From the NCBI GenBank assembly GCA_037379345.1, contig CM074518.1, positions 3,224,001 through 3,288,000 on the forward strand: a stretch of 64,000 bases of DNA, read 5' to 3'. Below, piece by piece: positions 1 to 11,685 of the stretch. The position numbers were made by a program, and so were the translations under genes. The notes beneath the pieces are model-generated. The model had not been told where the DNA came from and ran no database searches. It saw nothing but the letters and a program-made list of their open reading frames with translations. Each line of letters begins with the position of its first letter. Within the stretch, counting starts at the first letter, position 1. This stretch comes from Perna viridis (Eukaryota).

Positions 1-94
1 TGCTTTCAAAAATGCTTGGTCATATTTGCTTCATGGTACTGCTTTATTGTTTATTTTGTTTTATGTTATATTTATATTTATCAACAATACTCAC

Positions 95-139
95 ATGGTC
101 TATATTGACATCAAACTGATAGTTCCAACCACTAATGAC
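95..139 (-). CDS. Cystatin-like gene, coding exon 2 (VISGWNYQFDVNIDH); gene continues beyond the left edge
   Basis: TTCTTAG acceptor at 140, 45 nt in frame, CAT|GTGAGT donor at 94. Completes Q-V-I-S-G-x-N-Y as in cystatins. Confidence 0.78.
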
Positions 140-232
140 CTAAGAATATAAAGCAGTATAATGAAAAGAAGTTGGGTGCATATACACCGCCTGAAATCAA
201 ATTAAACAAGAATTTGAAAGTAAACAAAAGTG

Positions 233-345
233 AAAGACCAACAATCACGTGTATACCTAAAAGACCAACAATCACGTGTCTACCTAAAAGACCAACAATC
301 ACGTGTCTACCTGAAAGACCAACAATCACGTGTCTACCTAAAAGA
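233..345. repeat. 27-bp minisatellite (~4 copies) in cystatin intron
   Basis: AAAGACCAACAATCACGTGTCTACCTA recurs at 233, 260, 287 and 314. Confidence 0.95.
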
Positions 346-477
346 ACTTTTTAAAACAATACGATATATGTTTAACAGGTGACCTATGCTAACATACACC
401 AATTAATTAAAAAAGGCATGGGACAGCAGTGCATAGAAATCCAAACAAAACACACAAATTAAGGTGGCCAAACTTAC

Positions 478-654
478 CTGTTCTTTCGCACTCACGACCG
501 AGAACGTTTTGAACGCTTTGTTTTCCGATGTCAGTTTGTCTTTTGCGGCCTTAAGGACTATGTCTGGTATAGAGTTTACATCAATGACGTTCCAGCCACC
601 AAGGATCTGACAATAACTACACGTAACAAACAGAAAAAGTATTTTCAGTTCCAT
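478..654 (-). CDS. Cystatin-like secreted protease inhibitor, coding exon 1
   Basis: MELKILFLFVTCSYC signal-peptide-like start, then the N-terminal GGW motif. The 59 codons end at KEQ, followed by a CAG|GTAAGT donor (phase 0). Splicing to the next exon builds QVISG, the cystatin QxVxG loop. Confidence 0.8.
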
Positions 655-927
655 GTCCTAGCTGATATAAATTTGATAGTATATGGAACAATTTATGAAG
701 ATGTGTATATAGAGTAAGAGTACTTAATTTTGGCTTCTTATCTCACCTTGAACATCAACTTTCCACGAGACCATTGTGTGTCGATTAAGTTATATAATAC
801 AGCATGTGGTTCCACGAAACCATTGTGTGTTGATTATTTTATGTACAGCATGTAAAACAGAACTATCAGAAAGGAAGAAAACCCAATAGAAAAAAAATAA
901 GGTCAATATGTTCTCCCTTTTATATTT

Positions 928-1108
928 ATGTGATATTAACTTGTGTAAGGAGCCGACTTCAGTTTTACGCACTGCTTATATATACGTACCATGTATCTTG
1001 TTACAGCCCGGGCAGCAGGCGAGTGCTGTAACAAGGTACAGGTCTGTATATGGGTCCTTAAGCAGTCTTTAAAACTGATACGGCCCCCTACACAAGTTAA
1101 TATTACAT
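928..1108. mobile_element. Imperfect ~180-bp palindrome, probably a non-autonomous DNA element (MITE or Crypton-like)
   Basis: ATGTGATATTAACTTGTGTAAGGAGCCG...CTTGTTACAGC pairs with GCTGTAACAAG...CGGCCCCCTACACAAGTTAATATTACAT around a GC-rich centre. The family assignment is inference. Confidence 0.6.
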
Positions 1109-1458
1109 TTATTTCATTGAAAAAATTATCAAGAAATGGACTTTAGTTGTAAATTCCCTCTGTTTTAACAGGGGACGAAGTCCGGTCTCTCTGAAACTTA
1201 CCCTTTATCTCTTCATTCTCCTATTCAATATACAAAATTATAACTTTTCAGGAATGACATTTATAAAGGCAAGATTTATTTTGTCTTATAATTCTGAACA
1301 TTTAATATTCAACATTTCATCAAAATTAATTTTCGAACGTGTAACATTTAACATGTCTATTTTGTAATACATGTAACCAACATTGAATTAAATACTGTTT
1401 TTGACATGTCCTATGTTTTTCACCTAAATCAAAAGAAATATAACACTTAACATGATAA

Positions 1459-2605
1459 ACGGTTATGGTCAGTGTTTTTTGTCAAGGGCAAATGTATGGC
1501 TATTGTCAGTGTTCTTGGTCAAGGGCAAATAGACGGTTATGGTCAGTGTTTTAGTCAGGGGCAAATGTTCAGTTATGGTCAGTGATTTAGTCAGGGGCAA
1601 ATGTTCAATTATGGTCAGTGTTTTAGACAGGGACAAATGTTCAGTTATGGTCAGTGTTTTTAGACAGGGACAAACATACAGTTATGGTCAGTGTTATAGT
1701 CAGGGACAAACATACGGTTATGGTCAGTGTTTTTAGACAGGGGCAAACATACGGTTATGGTCAGTGTTTTTAGACAGGGACAAACATACAGTTATGGTCA
1801 GTATTTAAGACAGGGACAAACATACAGTTATGGTCAGTGTTTTAGACAGGGACAAACATACAGTTATGGTCAGTGTTGTAGTCAGGGACAAACATACAGT
1901 TATGGTCAGTGTTTAAGGCAGGGACAAACATACGGTTGTGGTCAGTGTTTTAGTCAGGGACAAACATACGATTATGGTCAGTGTTTTAGACAGGGACAAA
2001 CATACGGTTGTGGTCAGTGTTTTAGTCAGGGACAAATGTTCGGTTATGGTCAGTGTTTAAGACAGGGACAAACATACGGTTATGGTCAGTGTTTTAGACA
2101 GGGACAAACATACGGTTATGGTCAGTGTTTTAGTCAGGGACAAACATACGGTTATGGTCAGTGATTTAGACAGGGACAAACATACAGTTATGGTCAGTGT
2201 TTTAGACAGGGACAAACATACGGTTATGGTCAGTGTTTCAGTCAGGGACAAATGTTCGGTTATGGTCAGTGTTTTTAGACAGGGGCAAATATAGGCTATG
2301 GTGAGTGGTTTTAGTCAGCATCAAATGTACAGTTATGGTCAGTATTTTCAGTCAGGGGCAAATATACGGTTATGATTAGTGTTTTTAGACAGGGACAAAT
2401 ATACGGTTATGGTGAGTGTTTTTAGACAGGGACAAATATACGGTTATGGTGAGTGTTTTAGTCAGTGGCAAGTATAGGTTATGGTGAGTGTGTTTAGTCA
2501 GTGGCAAGTATAGGTTATGGTGAGTGTTTTTAGACAGGGGCAAATATAAGTTATGGTGAGTGTTTTTAAACAGGGGCAAATATACAGTTGTGGTGAGTGT
2601 TTAGA
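1459..2605. repeat. 36-37-bp minisatellite, ~31 copies
   Basis: Unit ACGGTTATGGTCAGTGTTTTAGACAGGGACAAACAT, with 1-nt length variants. Confidence 0.97.
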
Positions 2606-2607
2606 TT

Positions 2608-3062
2608 GAGGACTTCAAGGCTAAACCAACTGACTGTTCTTGTAAAAACTCTCCATTCAAATATGGTCCTTCCGGTCACGTCGTTACGGGAGATTTAACC
2701 ATTATCGAAAACGAATCACTGTGTAATATCCTCTCTAAAGGTCCCAAGTACCGTGAACCACGCTCCATAAATTGGAATTATAACTTTAAGGTTCGTATGG
2801 ATGCCGTAGAGGATTACGCCAGAAAATGGATAAAACAAGAACATGAAGACATTGATTCTCTGTCAGAGTGGTTAAAGGCCGTGAAGTCTTTAATTTTGAA
2901 ACGAATGAAAGTTTTAAATAGGTCAATGAGTGCCAGTGCTACGTCAAATTTCAGAGACCCCGATGTACAAAAACATTGTGTAATATACATGACAAATATG
3001 TTGTCGTACCAGCAGACAGAGCCCAAAACAACATTGTTTTTGTCTGCAAAGCGTTTTACATC
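2608..3062 (+). mobile_element. Penelope-like retroelement fragment (Naiad-type), region N-terminal to the RT core, frameshifted
   Basis: Translates CSCKNSPFKYGPSGHVVTGDL...LSKGPKYREP..., then after a frameshift near 2975 HDKYVVVPADRAQNNIVFVCK. These are typical PLE pre-RT motifs. Confidence 0.8.
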
Positions 3063-3655
3063 CAAAACACCCACCGAGTTCCTCATAAAAAGTCAAGTCC
3101 GGGGTAGACAAACGAGGAAAGGAAAACTATGACCCGTTGAACAAATCAGTTTTCATGGCGCAGATGGATACACCATAACGATCCACAAGTTCATGATGAC
3201 GACCATAAAACTTCTTCAGTGATGACTTGAATCTTGCAGCAACATTACCCTGTTCCAGAAGCCTATTTGTTAGAATTCTAGCGCGATACAAAAAGTCTGC
3301 GTAGTTTCGGCAAACTCTGGCATAACGTATGAGTTGTGATATGAACACTCCATACGCAGGTGCTGAAGGGATGTTGCCACAGATGAAAGGAAAGTGAATG
3401 AAAAGTCATCACGTTTGTCGTAACGTTTGGTCAATAGTTTTCCTTTACAATCGATTTTTAAGTGTAGGTCAAGATATGAGGCTGACTTCACAGTGTTTGC
3501 TGTATCCTTTATCCTTTTGGGGTAGATGCGATGTATCAAATCCCCGAAATTAGGATTGTTTAAAGATAATACGTCATCTATATGGCGGAAACTGAGACAA
3601 AGGATCTACCCAAACGATATTCTTTCTTTCGGATCAGATCAGCTATAAAGTCAAA
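3063..3655 (-). mobile_element. Penelope-like retroelement fragment: RT catalytic and C-terminal region plus start of the 3' UTR
   Basis: FRHIDDVLSLNN (degenerate YIDD motif), ASYLDL, YDKRDDF, FISQLIRYARVC...LKKFYGRHHELVDRY. The ORF ends with no C-terminal GIY-YIG domain, consistent with Naiad-type architecture. Contains frameshifts. Confidence 0.85.
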
Positions 3656-3981
3656 CTTTGATTCCAAACATTAATACCCCTCTCCCAGAAAAAAAAAGAT
3701 ACAGGAAGATGGTCAAGTAGCCAAGGAGAACTATATTTTTGCGACTTGTACAGTAACTATATAGAACCGGAATTACTTGCTCGAACGTGAAAGTTTCAAT
3801 ATAGCAGAAAGAGAATGTATCGAAAGTAAATACATAATATATTGTAACATATTCAAAAAATTCAATTTCCTAGAATATATATCAAAACGTCTGAATTAAG
3901 AAAAATTGTAGATTTTTAGAGATTATAAATAAAAGGGTGAATTCTGATACATAACCAGGATTGCTCACTGTGGGTTTGCTA

Positions 3982-5089
3982 TATTTTTATAAGCCCGTCT
4001 ATGAGGGGATATATCATGGTATACCGTCGTTCGACCGTCGTCTATACTTCGGACAATAATTAAAAAACACATACACCAACTTCTACGAAACTTTGGTGAA
4101 TCGTTCATATCCATTGACGTAACCGCCCTTTCGATTTTTATGAATTTCAGATTTTTCGTTTCTGTGTTATGATTTTTTTTTTACTTAGAAAGGGGGATTT
4201 CCAAGTTTTCGGACAATAACTCCAAAACGCTCTCACCTACCTTTATTAAACTTTAGTAAATTGTCTTTATCTATTGACATGTGCATAAGCTCCCTTTCGA
4301 TTTTTATAAATTTCAGATTTTTCGTTTCCTTCTAATCAATTTTTATACTAAAAACAATAGGGATTTTCGAGTTTTCGGACAATAACTCCAAAACACTTTC
4401 ACCCACTTTTATGAAACTTTCATGAATTGTCTGTATCTATTGACATAAGCTCTCTTTTGATTTTTATAAATTTCAGATTTATCGTTTCCGTGTTATGATT
4501 TTTTTACTTAAAAAGGGGTATTTTTCAAGTTTTCGCACAATAACTCAAAAACAGTTTCACTATATTTTATGAAACTTTGGTGAATTGTTCATATCTATTG
4601 ACGTAACCTCCCTTTCAATTTTTATAAATTTCAGATTTATCGTATCCGCGTTACAAATTTTTATACTTAAAAAGGGTGATTTTCAAGTTTTCGCACAAAT
4701 ACTCAAAAACACTTTCACTAACTTTTATGAAACCTTGGTGAATTTTTCATATCTATTGATGTAAGCTCCCTTTCGATTTGCATATTTTTCAGATTTTTGG
4801 TTTCCGTGTTATGAAGTTTTAGAAAAAGGCGGAAACGGCCGAGGGAACAGAAAATGTGTTTTGAAACAAGATAAAAATGTATGGGTGAAAAATCAAGACA
4901 ACAAACTGAGTTCAACTTGAGGTAGCCTTGATAGTGCCAAATTTGTGTTGCATTTTTTATTTACTTTTGGGAGGAGTATTTGACAGGGCTCACAGTATTT
5001 CTAGTTGATCATATAAATTCATTAAAAGCATAAGGACAAGTCAAACGGGCTACGGGCGTATCATGCGCTTAAAGCACAGTTCTTTATTT
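3982..5089 (+). mobile_element. Non-autonomous Helentron-type element carrying ~5 tandem ~160-bp satellite units
   Basis: T-run start, GCCCGT/ACGGGC subterminal inverted repeat, and a short terminal hairpin. Units (G[GC]ACAATAA) recur at ~4051, 4211, 4377, 4535 and 4693. Confidence 0.7.
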
Positions 5090-7078
5090 TATCATAGACC
5101 TGTAGTATCCACACAAATTTATAATATACCATTGTTTCTTCGTTGGTATAACAAAATAAAGCATATAGAAACTTTAGTGTCCCGGTATATATAGTGAACA
5201 TTCGTTTTTGTATACATTTTTAACGTATGAAAAAAAATAGGTTGAGAAACACCAGTGACCGTGTCCCTTTGGTTTTGACATACCATTCTTTTAATGTTGC
5301 AATCCAGAATATTTTGATTTGATACTTTTAATCTATAGTTCTCAAAGACGAGTTCGTGTAGTCAGTATTCAACAATTTGCTTCCTGTCGAAAAGGAAAGA
5401 GTCTGACAGAGCACCTTGTTACGAAATCTTTCTAGAGTGCCATTAGAAGCCTTCCTGTCAGTTACAAAGGCACAAGGCATTGTACATGTAAGCGATCACG
5501 CTGTTCGAAATGGCGTTTTACTTTCGAAACTGACGATGTCGTCGGGCCTGCCAACATCTTCAAGTTGAAAGATGGTTCCATTCGTCATAATTTACTCTGT
5601 GGTTTGCAAACACTTCAAAAACATGAAAATGCATGGTTTACATGGGCGAGGCTTATCGAAGGTTATTTTATAAAGCACAAACAAAGCGTCACCAATATGA
5701 AAAGGATTGTCCAGTCGGGGATGAAAATTTCGAGAGGCCAACCCCAGTGTTAATGACATGAAAGTAACTGTCCTCTTAGATGAAAAACAACGACAGATAA
5801 TTGCCCGAACACCGGGTCACCAGTTTTCTTGGGACTGCCCACCCTTTTCAGGGTCGTAGCTAGATATTGACAGATATAGACACAGAAAATACGGCGAGGG
5901 GTCTGGGTGCCGCTCAAAGCCCCCAGTGGGTCCAGGGTTTTAGGGAAAATCAGTCGCATTTCTTTGATGAAAAAATGTATGTTTTACCTGATTCGTACAC
6001 CTAAATGGCTGAAGCATTTCTCCATATATACATATTTGTGTTGGTTAAGTTGTATATGAAGGTTAAAAAATACTATAATATAAGTGCGCATATGTAGTCC
6101 TTATCTACAATTCAACATGGAAGAATTCACAAAGAAAAAGGTCATGAAATTCGATGTGTTCTGTAATTATTTTACATCATATATATCATTTCCAATAAAA
6201 TTGTTTATACCTCGTAAAATTAAAATGATACACCCAGTTGTTACTAAGGCTTTCGCGGTTGTCAATGAAGACAACATATCCTAGACCAACGGGCAGACAG
6301 ATAACATTAAACTGGCGGTCCTGACACATCTTCTAATAGTATTTGGTGAATATTAGGCAGGCATTTGGGGACGAAATTTGAACGTGACTGTCGTATAAAT
6401 TGCCGGGACAACTTTGTGTTCGAAGAACCGATAAGAAACTGATATCTACATCAAATCGGTTGGGCCCTAAGTTGAGGTATACCCCCCTCCCTCGAGTACC
6501 GAGTACTTTTTAGCTTCAAGTAGCGAGTACTGCGTCGTGTTAGCCTTGAGTACCTAATCCCAATTTTTTCGAGTACAGAGTACATGTACCTAATTTTTAA
6601 TCTACTGGTAACCATTCGATTATCGGAACGGGGGTATTGAAAAAAAAAATATTGGTTGCTATCTATTTTTGTGCATAGAAACAATTTAAATGTATTTAGA
6701 AATATAATTCGTGTCAATTTAAGACAGTTTCTAACAGAAATGCTTAAACAGGCTTACTTTTATAAAGAAGCACGATAGGGGCCTTCTTGATCTTGTTTGA
6801 GGGTACATGAACTAACTGTTCATTGTTGAAGACCCTTGTACAATATCGAAATGCAGAACAGGAATAAAACCCTGTTCCCTGAATGACAATATATTTTCAA
6901 AATGCATTGTATCATGTGAAGTGTTGTCATACGCACATTCACTCTATATCCTCCCTTTTTGTATTAAAATGTACATGTATATTTTAATAATATGAACATG
7001 ATTTTATTCATTTTTACATTTACAAAGTTAACTTTAGTTTTTTTTTTGTATCAAATTATTTATTAATTAATTGTTTAT

Positions 7079-7246
7079 GAGGGGTTGGACCTGGGGACAG
7101 GAACCCGGGAATTAGGGGAGGTAGGAATGGGAGTTAAGGGTGCAAGGTTGTCGGGATATTACAATGGGGAGTAAAGGATAGAAAACTTGTGAGGGAGGTC
7201 TGGAACCCGATAGCAAAATGGAGCAGGAACCCCCAGTCTACCCCTC
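7079..7246. mobile_element. Small MITE with GAG...CTC termini (Sola2-like) nested in the hAT
   Basis: GAGGGGTTGGACCTGGGG and CCCCAGTCTACCCCTC form inverted termini. Flanks TTAT/TTGT are a near 4-bp TSD. Confidence 0.5.
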
Positions 7247-7416
7247 TTGTATACATGGATATTGGTCAACTTCCGACGATATTTTTAAAAAAAAGTGTAG
7301 GTAAATTATTTCATTTTTCAAAATCATTTTATAGACTTCAATGGGGCACATTTCTTGACATCTAAAAATTAAGTTAATGGTGCTTAACCAAAATCATTAT
7401 TTTTATCGAAGTTGTC

Positions 7417-7571
7417 CCCTGCAAAATTTACCAATAATTAAAAATTAGCGATGGTAGAATCTAGGTAAAATAGGAACATAAAAAATAGGGTAAGTAGTTT
7501 GGGCTGAGGGACGGTTGGTAAAATCCAGTTGTTTTTATTAGGTTAAGACATTGATTCCTAAATTTACAGGG
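7417..7571. mobile_element. Small MITE with CCCTG termini interrupting the transposase relic
   Basis: CCCTGCAAAATTTA and TAAATTTACAGGG form inverted termini. Confidence 0.45.
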
Positions 7572-7881
7572 AAGGGTAGCCGAAGGCATCCGTCCATTTG
7601 GAGCACAAAATTGCATGTTTATCAGTATCAGATATTTCACTGAGGCCTTGAAGTATAACCACATCTGGGTATGGTGGTTGGAACTGTGTAACGCTAGTAG
7701 AGCTACTTGAAGTTGATGGCACTTCTGAAGGATACATGTTTGTGCGAATATCATTAATACTGGCACTGGTCGCTGGCTCAGTATCTGCTAGAACATTCGC
7801 TGAAGGTTCATTCTCAATACTGCCTTCCTCTTATCTTTCATCTCTCCTTTTTCTTTTTGGTCGAATGACAAACTTGTCCAT
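7564..7881 (-). pseudogene. N-terminal relic of a hAT (Tip100-group-like) transposase
   Basis: MDKFVIRPKRKRRDER*EEG...ISDTDKHAILCSKWTDAFGYP: MDKF start, basic NLS-like run, and a D-x-D-K-x-x-I-L-x-x-x-W-x4-Y segment resembling the region before the zinc finger in these transposases. Has an in-frame stop and is cut off at a nested MITE. Confidence 0.55.
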
Positions 7882-8302
7882 TTTGCGGAAATTGCAAATC
7901 TACTTTTATAGAAGTTACCGGAACGTTGGAATGATTAGTAGAAAAACGATAACGGGTAATGACGTTGGATTTTGGATTCCATGTTGCTACGTGAAGCGCA
8001 ATTGATAAAGTAATATCAGCCTTTACTGTACTCGTTTTATATACATCCATCAAATATTAAAAAAAAAAGTCAAAATTTCGTACAGACACAAGCCTGTACG
8101 AGCCTTCCGTAGCTACGCCCCTGCTTTTGGAATGAATGTCTAAACCCGCATTATTTAGTAGTCACGGTTTTCACTTGTTTTCCATAATTTTTGTCTTGCA
8201 ATTTCATCAAGCTATTAACATGACGCGTCTTCACATTGATCAAGATCAATTTTAGAGGACGCCTTAATTGTCATCGACAGTCTTCACCTTTAGAACTTTT
8301 TT

Positions 8303-8336
8303 ACCCTGACGAAGGCCGTAAGGCCAAAAATTTGGT
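8303..8336 (+). ncRNA. Degenerate minimal type-I hammerhead ribozyme motif (Penelope-associated type)
   Basis: ACC-CTGACGA-A-GGCC-GTAA-GGCC-[G>A]AAA-ATTT-GGT: stem I ACC/GGT, intact CUGANGA box, 4-bp stem II with a GNRA loop, palindromic AATT stem III. The GAAA box reads AAAA. Confidence 0.6.
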
Positions 8337-8944
8337 CCTCACGCACTTTTTTATATTTTAACCATGCGTTTTTATGAATTGTATCTCATAAGTATTTAGT
8401 TCCCTTTGACCTTGTAAATGTAGCTATTGTTTACTTGATGATCGGGGGTTCCAATACAGGCCTCTCTCGGTCGATGTTAGTGGTTAGTAGAACCAACTGG
8501 TATTGGTGGCGGAGCCCAGTCTTCGGGATAGCTTACTCGGTCAGAGTATGTCCAACTAGCGGCTTGGTTGCTGTGTTGAAACTCAGGGATTTTATGTTAA
8601 GTTGGAATTTTAAGTTGGATTTTTTTTCACCCTGTAATGAAGCACGAAAATGCTTTTTTTTCATTCAGCAGAATACATGATACATATTTGAAATCTTCAT
8701 TGTTAATTGATGGTGAAAATGTTGAATCATATTTGTTTCTGTCCATGGCTGATTAAATATTTTTGCTCTGATTTGATTTTTTCAACAAATAATCCATGTC
8801 CCCCATCCCAAGAAGTTCCTTGCCCACTCCCAGAATAAAAATGGTTGGTGCCTAAAGCAAAACAATCTCAGTCTATTTTCGTTCATCATGCAGGAAAGGG
8901 GAAACAATAAATTCAATAAAATGATTGAGAAAAGTCCAGGTTAT

Positions 8945-9060
8945 GCATTGCGCACCTTTGACATTGTTCTTTTTGCGCGAAATTCGATTTTTAGGAAATC
9001 ACCAATAGTATCGATAGATTTAATCACGTGACTTTAAACTATTCCAATATGGAGGTCAAA
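8945..9060 (+). promoter_or_regulatory. BCL9: Predicted TATA-less BCL9 promoter
   Basis: Cluster of motifs: E2F-like TTTTGCGCGAAA (8971-8982), CCAAT (9002 and 9044), DRE-like TATCGATA (9009-9016), E-box TCACGTGA (9024-9031). Lies at the right edge of the CpG-retaining zone, just upstream of a GCG|GTAGGT donor at 9135. Confidence 0.6.
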
Positions 9061-9134
9061 AAATGTGCATGGATATTGAACCCGTAGACTGAAACGAAGT
9101 TTGTCCCATGCTTCCGTCTTGATACAATTTTGCG
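9050..9134 (+). other. BCL9: Candidate non-coding first exon of BCL9 (start approximate)
   Basis: Follows the promoter motif cluster and ends at GCG|GTAGGT. CpG depletion begins shortly downstream. Confidence 0.45.
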
Positions 9135-11493
9135 GTAGGTTAGAGTATTAACCAAAAGATATGCTTAAATTCCTCTTGACTGTTATGTGTATAAGGTTAC
9201 TGACCTAAAAAAATCATCTATTGTTATGATTGTTAGCGAAACTCACAACAACAAAAAGTGAACTCGGTTCAAAACAATAGTGTACCATCAGTATTTTTAC
9301 GTGTTTCGGTCGGGAAAGGAGTTACTATAAACTCAGAATCTATGTTTGCTAGGTCCAAATTAATTTGGTGCCAACTTCGTTGGTGTGTTTTTTCCAACAT
9401 AGCGGCTTTGTGATAGAATCTGAGTAACTGAGTAAACTATATCTATATGTGTAGAATTCGTGTGCATGTTTTGATTTGTCTTTTAAGCATTTAAATTCAG
9501 CATCTAGAAAGCTTGGCCAAAGGTAAAAAAAAACATGATAAATTTTATATATTTTTCAATATGTAAAGGTTTACCAAGTAGTGTGACAATACTAACTCCC
9601 TGTCCTTCAGGAAATGTATTGATAACTGCTATACAACAGCCATTATACACTAATGTAGATTTTATCACATTATCAGAGAAACCTAGCAACTAAAAATGCA
9701 TTTCAAAATGTAGATTGCACAGAAAGAAAATGTATTGACTACCCGAGACAGATACATTGGAAATTTCATACTCTCATCACATAAATACATGAAAAAAATA
9801 CATTTAGTTCAGATAGATGCATTTATAGAGGTTTATAGTGCACAAGAAAATGAGTAGTTTTGCATTTCAATTTATATTGCATATAAAATACTTTTGTAAT
9901 GGTTTCCCTGTAGCTTTTTTTGTCATGTTGGAACATTTTAAAGGTTACAGTAGATGCATACATGTACATGTATGTTCGTACAATATGTATCTACATGTAA
10001 CCTTTAAAATATGCTTGTAACCTTATATGAAAGAAAACAAAAAATCAACAAAATATCAGAAAGAATACAGTTATTTACTACAATAAGTTCAGTACATGTA
10101 CATTAGTAGTTGAAAATGTTGAAGCTAAAGGGAGATAACTGACAATGACAAACTTTCTTGCTGTGTGCTTCAGTGTACTAAGTTACTAACTGGAAATTAT
10201 GTATAAACATGTAGGTTTGCAAGCACTATACTGTATATGCAAATGTACATACATGTGTATCTACAATATATGGGTAGGAAAAGTGAAAGAAAATCTGCAG
10301 ATAGGTAATTTCAACCTTGAAATTGATTAGTTTCATGCAGTTGAATTGTTAATGATAGAAAAGTGGTCAGACCATACTACTATTAACATGTACCATTAAA
10401 AGGACCTTTTAGTTTGGAATTACAAGTATCTAGTGTTGGACCATTCAACATTAATACAGATGCTTTAAAAAGATCTTTTAATGTTCACTTGGTGGTCTGC
10501 CAACTGCTTCTTGGGTCTTTCATTTTTTGGATATGTCCCCAGATCACCTTGCCAAGTTCAACCTGCTTTGTGGGCTCCTCATCCAGATAGTTACAAAAAT
10601 GTTGAACATGTATATTTTATTTCAGATAGTACAGTGCTAAAAATCATACTGTTGCAGGGTTTAAAATTAGTGGACATTAAGATGCAAAATGCTTTAGTGG
10701 ACATTAAGATGCAAAATGCTTGTGCAAAATTTCTTATTGTGTCTGAAGGTTTAGAAGAAGGGCAAAATTTTGCTTCTCAGTCTGAAACATTTTTTACAGA
10801 CAGATCAGTAATATTTTAGTTTATAGTTTTATAATAGTTTCATGGCCATTCTGGAAACCAGTTGCCCCTTTTTCAGAACTTCCAGGCCTTTTTCTACCGT
10901 TGAGCAATGTTTTGCTCCATGCCTTATTATAATTATGATAGGCAGTAGAAGTGACATGCGTTGGGTTATGCTAGTTGTTTACGATAGAAACAATTGTGAT
11001 TGTGAGCAAGGACACTTTTGAAAAATTGTTGAATTTCAGAGACATCTTTGGTTTTGAAAAGTTTTGCCTCTGAAAATTCTTCAAGTAGCATGTTTTGCTT
11101 ATAAAAAAAATTACCACAAACAAAAACTTGCTTGTGGTTAAAAAAGTTAATTTCTCTGCCTGTTGTTGAAAAGCACAGAGCCATAATGGTTTGGGAAATA
11201 CACTTGTGGCTGAACCTTGATAAATTACATGTACATGTATGGTAAAGATGTAAATTATTTTGTACATTGCATGCCTAATTTAAAATTTTAAAGTTTTATT
11301 ACTAAGTTTATATAAGCTGTGTCAATATTTAATCGCAATCCAACATCAGGTGTATCAAGCATGTCCAGGATTTAAGTTTTGATAAGTTTGTTCTTAAGTC
11401 TACCTCAGGTTATCTCCCTTTAAAGTTTGATAATATACATTATATAGTATACCAAGAAAAAGCACATGTATAGAGAATATGTCAAGGAGAGAA

Positions 11494-11602
11494 CAACCCA
11501 TACAGGATGAAAATGTCAGTCCAAGGCCACAACCCCTACGGGATGAAAATGTCAGTCCAAGGCCACGACCCCTTCTGGATGAAAATGTCAGCCCAAGGCC
11601 AA
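11494..11602. repeat. 36-bp tandem repeat, 3 copies
   Basis: GGATGAAAATGTCAGTCCAAGGCCA recurs at 11505, 11541 and 11577. Confidence 0.9.
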
Positions 11603-11644
11603 ACATAACAATGCATCATTCATTGGCTGGGAAAGGCCATTTTT

Positions 11645-11685
<41 letters not shown>

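Larger units (their letters stand above)
5849..8123 (-). mobile_element. Internally deleted hAT-family DNA transposon with 14-bp TIRs, 5-bp TSD and nested MITEs
   Basis: TIRs CAGGGTCGTAGCTA and TAGCTACGCCCCTG (1 mismatch). CTTTT flanks both ends (5844-5848, 8124-8128). A transposase-like N-terminus lies inside. Confidence 0.75.

Noticed and set aside
1539-2579. ORFs reading GQTYGYGQCFRQ repeats, resembling a shell or adhesive protein
   Set aside because: They are translations of a 36/37-bp minisatellite with frequent 1-nt indels and stops, no signal peptide, and no supporting splice structure.
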